In this document: positions 61,262 through 64,000 of the stretch, one piece after another
How positions within the stretch are numbered: the stretch's first letter is position 1
Layout of the letters: every line of letters begins with the position of its first letter
Assembly: GCA_963729895.1 (NCBI GenBank)
Contig: CAVSQB010000003.1
Location: 1-64,000 of the forward strand
Origin: an uncultured Fibrobacterota bacterium
GTDB lineage: Bacteria; Fibrobacterota; Chitinivibrionia; Chitinivibrionales; FEN-1185
Direction: 5' to 3'
Length of the DNA: 64,000 nucleotides
The notes under the pieces: model-generated
Told to the model about the DNA's origin: nothing
The model's database searches: none
The model's input: the letters and a program-made list of their open reading frames with translations, nothing else
Made by a program: the position numbers and the translations under genes

Positions 61262-62920
61262 TCTCTTCAGCATTTCCTCCGCATGCTTCTTCGCAATCGC
61301 CGAGTCCCCGCCCAGCATCCTCGCGACCTCGGCGATCCGTTCTTGTTGTGTCAATATTCTCACCTGCGTGGTGGTCCGCCCTCCCTGCGCCTCCTTGTAC
61401 ACGTGGTAGTGGTGATCGGCCATTGAGGCGATCTGGTGCAGGTGGGATATGCAGAGAAGCTGGTGCGTGGAGGCCAGCGCGGCGAGGGCCTTGCCCACCT
61501 CCTTGGCAAGCATGCCGCCGATGCCGGAGTCGATCTCGTCGAACACAAGGATGGGAATGCGGTCGTGCGCGGCCAGCACGGTCTTTATCGCCAGCATGAG
61601 GCGGGAGATTTCGCCGCCCGAGGCGATCTTGACCAGCGGGAGACGCGGCTCGCCGGGGTTGGTGCGAACCAGAAATTGCGCGTCCTCCAGCCCTGTTGCC
61701 TGAGGGGAATCGTAAGGAACAAACTGCGTTTCCCATTCCCCTCCTCGAAACCCAAGCTTCGCCATCTGAGCGGCAATTGCCCTGTCGAAAGCGGCAGCCT
61801 GCTTCTTTCGCGCGCCGCTTAGTGCTGTGCCCGCTTTCATGCATTCCTCTCGCGCCGCAGTTTCTCGTTTTTCAAGCATTTCCCTGTCGGCCTCGATAGT
61901 GACAAGAGCATCGATGTCGGCCTTGAGTTCCTGTTCCTTCGCAAGCAGGCCTTCAAAAGTGCAGCCGTATTTCTTCTTTAGCCGCTGCAGTTTTGCGAGC
62001 CGGGCGTTGATGGCGTCGAGCTGCGAGGGATCGACTGCGGCCCCCGATCTTTCGAGATAGGCGCCGCAAAACGCTTCGAGCGCGGAAAACACCGATGCCG
62101 GCGCCTGCAGATCGGACAGCCACGGCAGTGCCGTTGCATCGTACCGGCCGAGCGTTTCCAGGTTCTTCCTGATCACGCCGATCTGTCGGCTGGGGGACGT
62201 TTCTTCGCCCGTAAGCATTTCATTGATTTTGGAGATACATTCGATCCGCTGGGCGGCGGACGACAGCAATCTCAACTCTTCCTCGAGCCTGTCTTCCAGC
62301 CCGGCCGACAGGCCGAGCCCCACCAGCTCGTTGTGGGCGAATTCGATGACCTCCCTGCGGGCGGCAAGCTCTGCGGCCCTGGTGTCGTGTGCGGCAAGTG
62401 CGTCGCGGGCCGTGACAAACGCGGCGTACCGCAGGCCGTAGTCGCGTGCCGGTCCGGTCACACCGGGCAAGCTGTCCACGGTGCGCCGCGCATTTTCCTG
62501 GTCGAGCAGCGACTGGTGTTCGTGCTGGCCGTGAAAATCGACAAGGTTGTCTCCCACACTCTTGAGCACCGACAGCGGAAGGGGCGCCTGGTTGATATAT
62601 GCGCGATTCTTGCCACTGCGGGAGATGACCCTGCGCACGATGCACTCGCCGCCTTTCACCGTAACGGCGTTGCGGGCAAACAGGTCTGCAAGCGGTTCCC
62701 GCATCGCGGTAAGTTCGAATACCCCGCTCACCTCCGCCTCGTCGCTGCCGCTGCGGACCTGCTCGCTTGAGGCGCGCTCGCCCAGGAGCAACCCGATGGC
62801 GCCCACGAGGATCGATTTCCCCGCTCCGGTCTCACCCGTGAATACCGAAAAACCGTCCGAGAATTCCACCTGGACGTCCTCGATGAGGGCGAGGTTTCGG
62901 ATATGCAGTTCCCGGATCAT
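61247..62920 (-). CDS. recN: DNA repair protein RecN
   Basis: TGETGAGKS, HGQHEHQ, ASGGEISR, FDEIDSG. Confidence 0.97.
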   Translation of the reverse strand: MIRELHIRNLALIEDVQVEFSDGFSVFTGETGAGKSILVGAIGLLLGERASSEQVRSGSDEAEVSGVFELTAMREPLADLFARNAVTVKGGECIVRRVISRSGKNRAYINQAPLPLSVLKSVGDNLVDFHGQHEHQSLLDQENARRTVDSLPGVTGPARDYGLRYAAFVTARDALAAHDTRAAELAARREVIEFAHNELVGLGLSAGLEDRLEEELRLLSSAAQRIECISKINEMLTGEETSPSRQIGVIRKNLETLGRYDATALPWLSDLQAPASVFSALEAFCGAYLERSGAAVDPSQLDAINARLAKLQRLKKKYGCTFEGLLAKEQELKADIDALVTIEADREMLEKRETAAREECMKAGTALSGARKKQAAAFDRAIAAQMAKLGFRGGEWETQFVPYDSPQATGLEDAQFLVRTNPGEPRLPLVKIASGGEISRLMLAIKTVLAAHDRIPILVFDEIDSGIGGMLAKEVGKALAALASTHQLLCISHLHQIASMADHHYHVYKEAQGGRTTTQVRILTQQERIAEVARMLGGDSAIAKKHAEEMLKRKAEG

Positions 62921-63810
62921 TCCTCGTGGCTTTCGCTCTTGTGGTCTTTGCCCCAGCCCAGTTTGGAGCGCATCAGGTCGAAATGCGACCGCTGGGACAG
63001 TTGCACCAGGTTTGTCTGGTCGCCGCCGTAGGCGACAAGAAGTTCATCCCCGGTCTTGAGCCGCATGGTATCGATCCCGTCGGCGCTGAGGACCACCTCT
63101 GCATTCTCCTGGCTCACCAGAAGCCGCACCTGCTTGTCGCACGGGAGGATGAGCGGGCGTTCGGTAAGGGAATGCGGGCAAATGGGTGTGAGCAGGAACG
63201 CCTTTACAGACGGGTCTACAATCGGCCCGCCAGCGGCGAGCGAATATGCGGTTGACCCGCTGGGCGTGGCAACGATAAGGCCGTCCGCGACGAACTCGGA
63301 AATGTACTGGCCGCCGCACCACGCACGCACCGACATGAGCTTCGGCTTGTCGCACCTGTTAATAAATACGTCGTTGAGGGCCCGCATGGCCTTCAATTCG
63401 ACGCCGTCCCGTATCACCCTGGCTTCCAGAAGCATGCGCGCGGTCGTCCTGAAGTCGCCTTGTGCAATTCTGTCGAGGTCCGCCTCAAGGGTTTCCAGCC
63501 CGATATCGGTGAGGAATCCCAGGCCGCCCGTGTTCACGCCGATAACCGGTTTGCCCGAAAAACCCGACAGATGCACCGTGGACAGAAACGTGCCGTCCCC
63601 TCCCACCGACACGAGTGCGTCGCTTTTGACAATAAGCTCAGCCTCGGTGGAGCAGACATGCGCGGTACGTCGGACAGGGGACGCGAGCACCGGATGAAAA
63701 AACACGGGCAAACCGCTCCGCTCCGACCAAGCGAGAATCCGGTTGAGTGCGAAATCAACTTTCTGTGATTTCTTAAAGGCAATAATGCCGAAGGAGGTGA
63801 TGGGTTTCAT
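62917..63810 (-). CDS. nadK: NAD kinase
   Basis: GGDGT, GLGFL, ALND, TPSGSTAYSLAAGGP. Confidence 0.96.
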   Translation of the reverse strand: MKPITSFGIIAFKKSQKVDFALNRILAWSERSGLPVFFHPVLASPVRRTAHVCSTEAELIVKSDALVSVGGDGTFLSTVHLSGFSGKPVIGVNTGGLGFLTDIGLETLEADLDRIAQGDFRTTARMLLEARVIRDGVELKAMRALNDVFINRCDKPKLMSVRAWCGGQYISEFVADGLIVATPSGSTAYSLAAGGPIVDPSVKAFLLTPICPHSLTERPLILPCDKQVRLLVSQENAEVVLSADGIDTMRLKTGDELLVAYGGDQTNLVQLSQRSHFDLMRSKLGWGKDHKSESHEE

Positions 63811-64000
63811 AGAGACTGTCCTGAGTTGTTCTTGAAATCAAGGACACTTTCCCAAACGGAGAAATTTGCGTCAACTCTTGGATCTTGTCAAAATATAAGG
63901 TGATTATAAAACATCTTGCACAGGAATTATCTTGTGCATATGGGCTTTAGTCAATTAGAAACCTTTGAATTCATAGGGAAAACTGAAAACAGGGCAAAAT

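Noticed and set aside
63917..63938. TGCACA..TGTGCA inverted repeat upstream of nadK
   Set aside because: Single short palindrome; cannot assign a regulator

Overview
GC-rich bacterial chromosomal window. FISUMP and GH44 proteins with T9SS-like C-terminal tails suggest Fibrobacterota (Chitinispirillaceae-like); this is inference. Most of the window is housekeeping, envelope and signalling genes: MacAB-TolC, coaD, rsmD, pilM, pilB, kdsB, gatC, gatA, pcrA, thiL, fusA, waaA, holA, truA, htrA, pheA, recN, nadK, two GGDEF genes and one HD-GYP gene. Two mobile elements are present. (1) An intact IS1380 (4017-5659, 5-bp TSD) splits a Cache-HAMP-GGDEF gene. (2) A ~9-kb phage-satellite-like element (16265-25317) has 16-bp att repeats and carries integrase, xis, a SLOG-PRTase fusion, TerL, TerS, PrimPol and ORF6N. 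The most striking signal is inside this element: its core (~18.4-22.9 kb) shows graded, context-specific loss of CC/GG (C>T and G>A changes, Gly>Ser, Trp>stop, single G/C deletions), while its ends and the host flanks are clean. This points to targeted cytosine-deamination hypermutation or localized DNA modification; a sequencing artefact must be excluded first. Also seen: a 98-bp structured dispersed repeat with a compensatory base pair, and a FISUMP gene with a DGR-VR-like 3' end.
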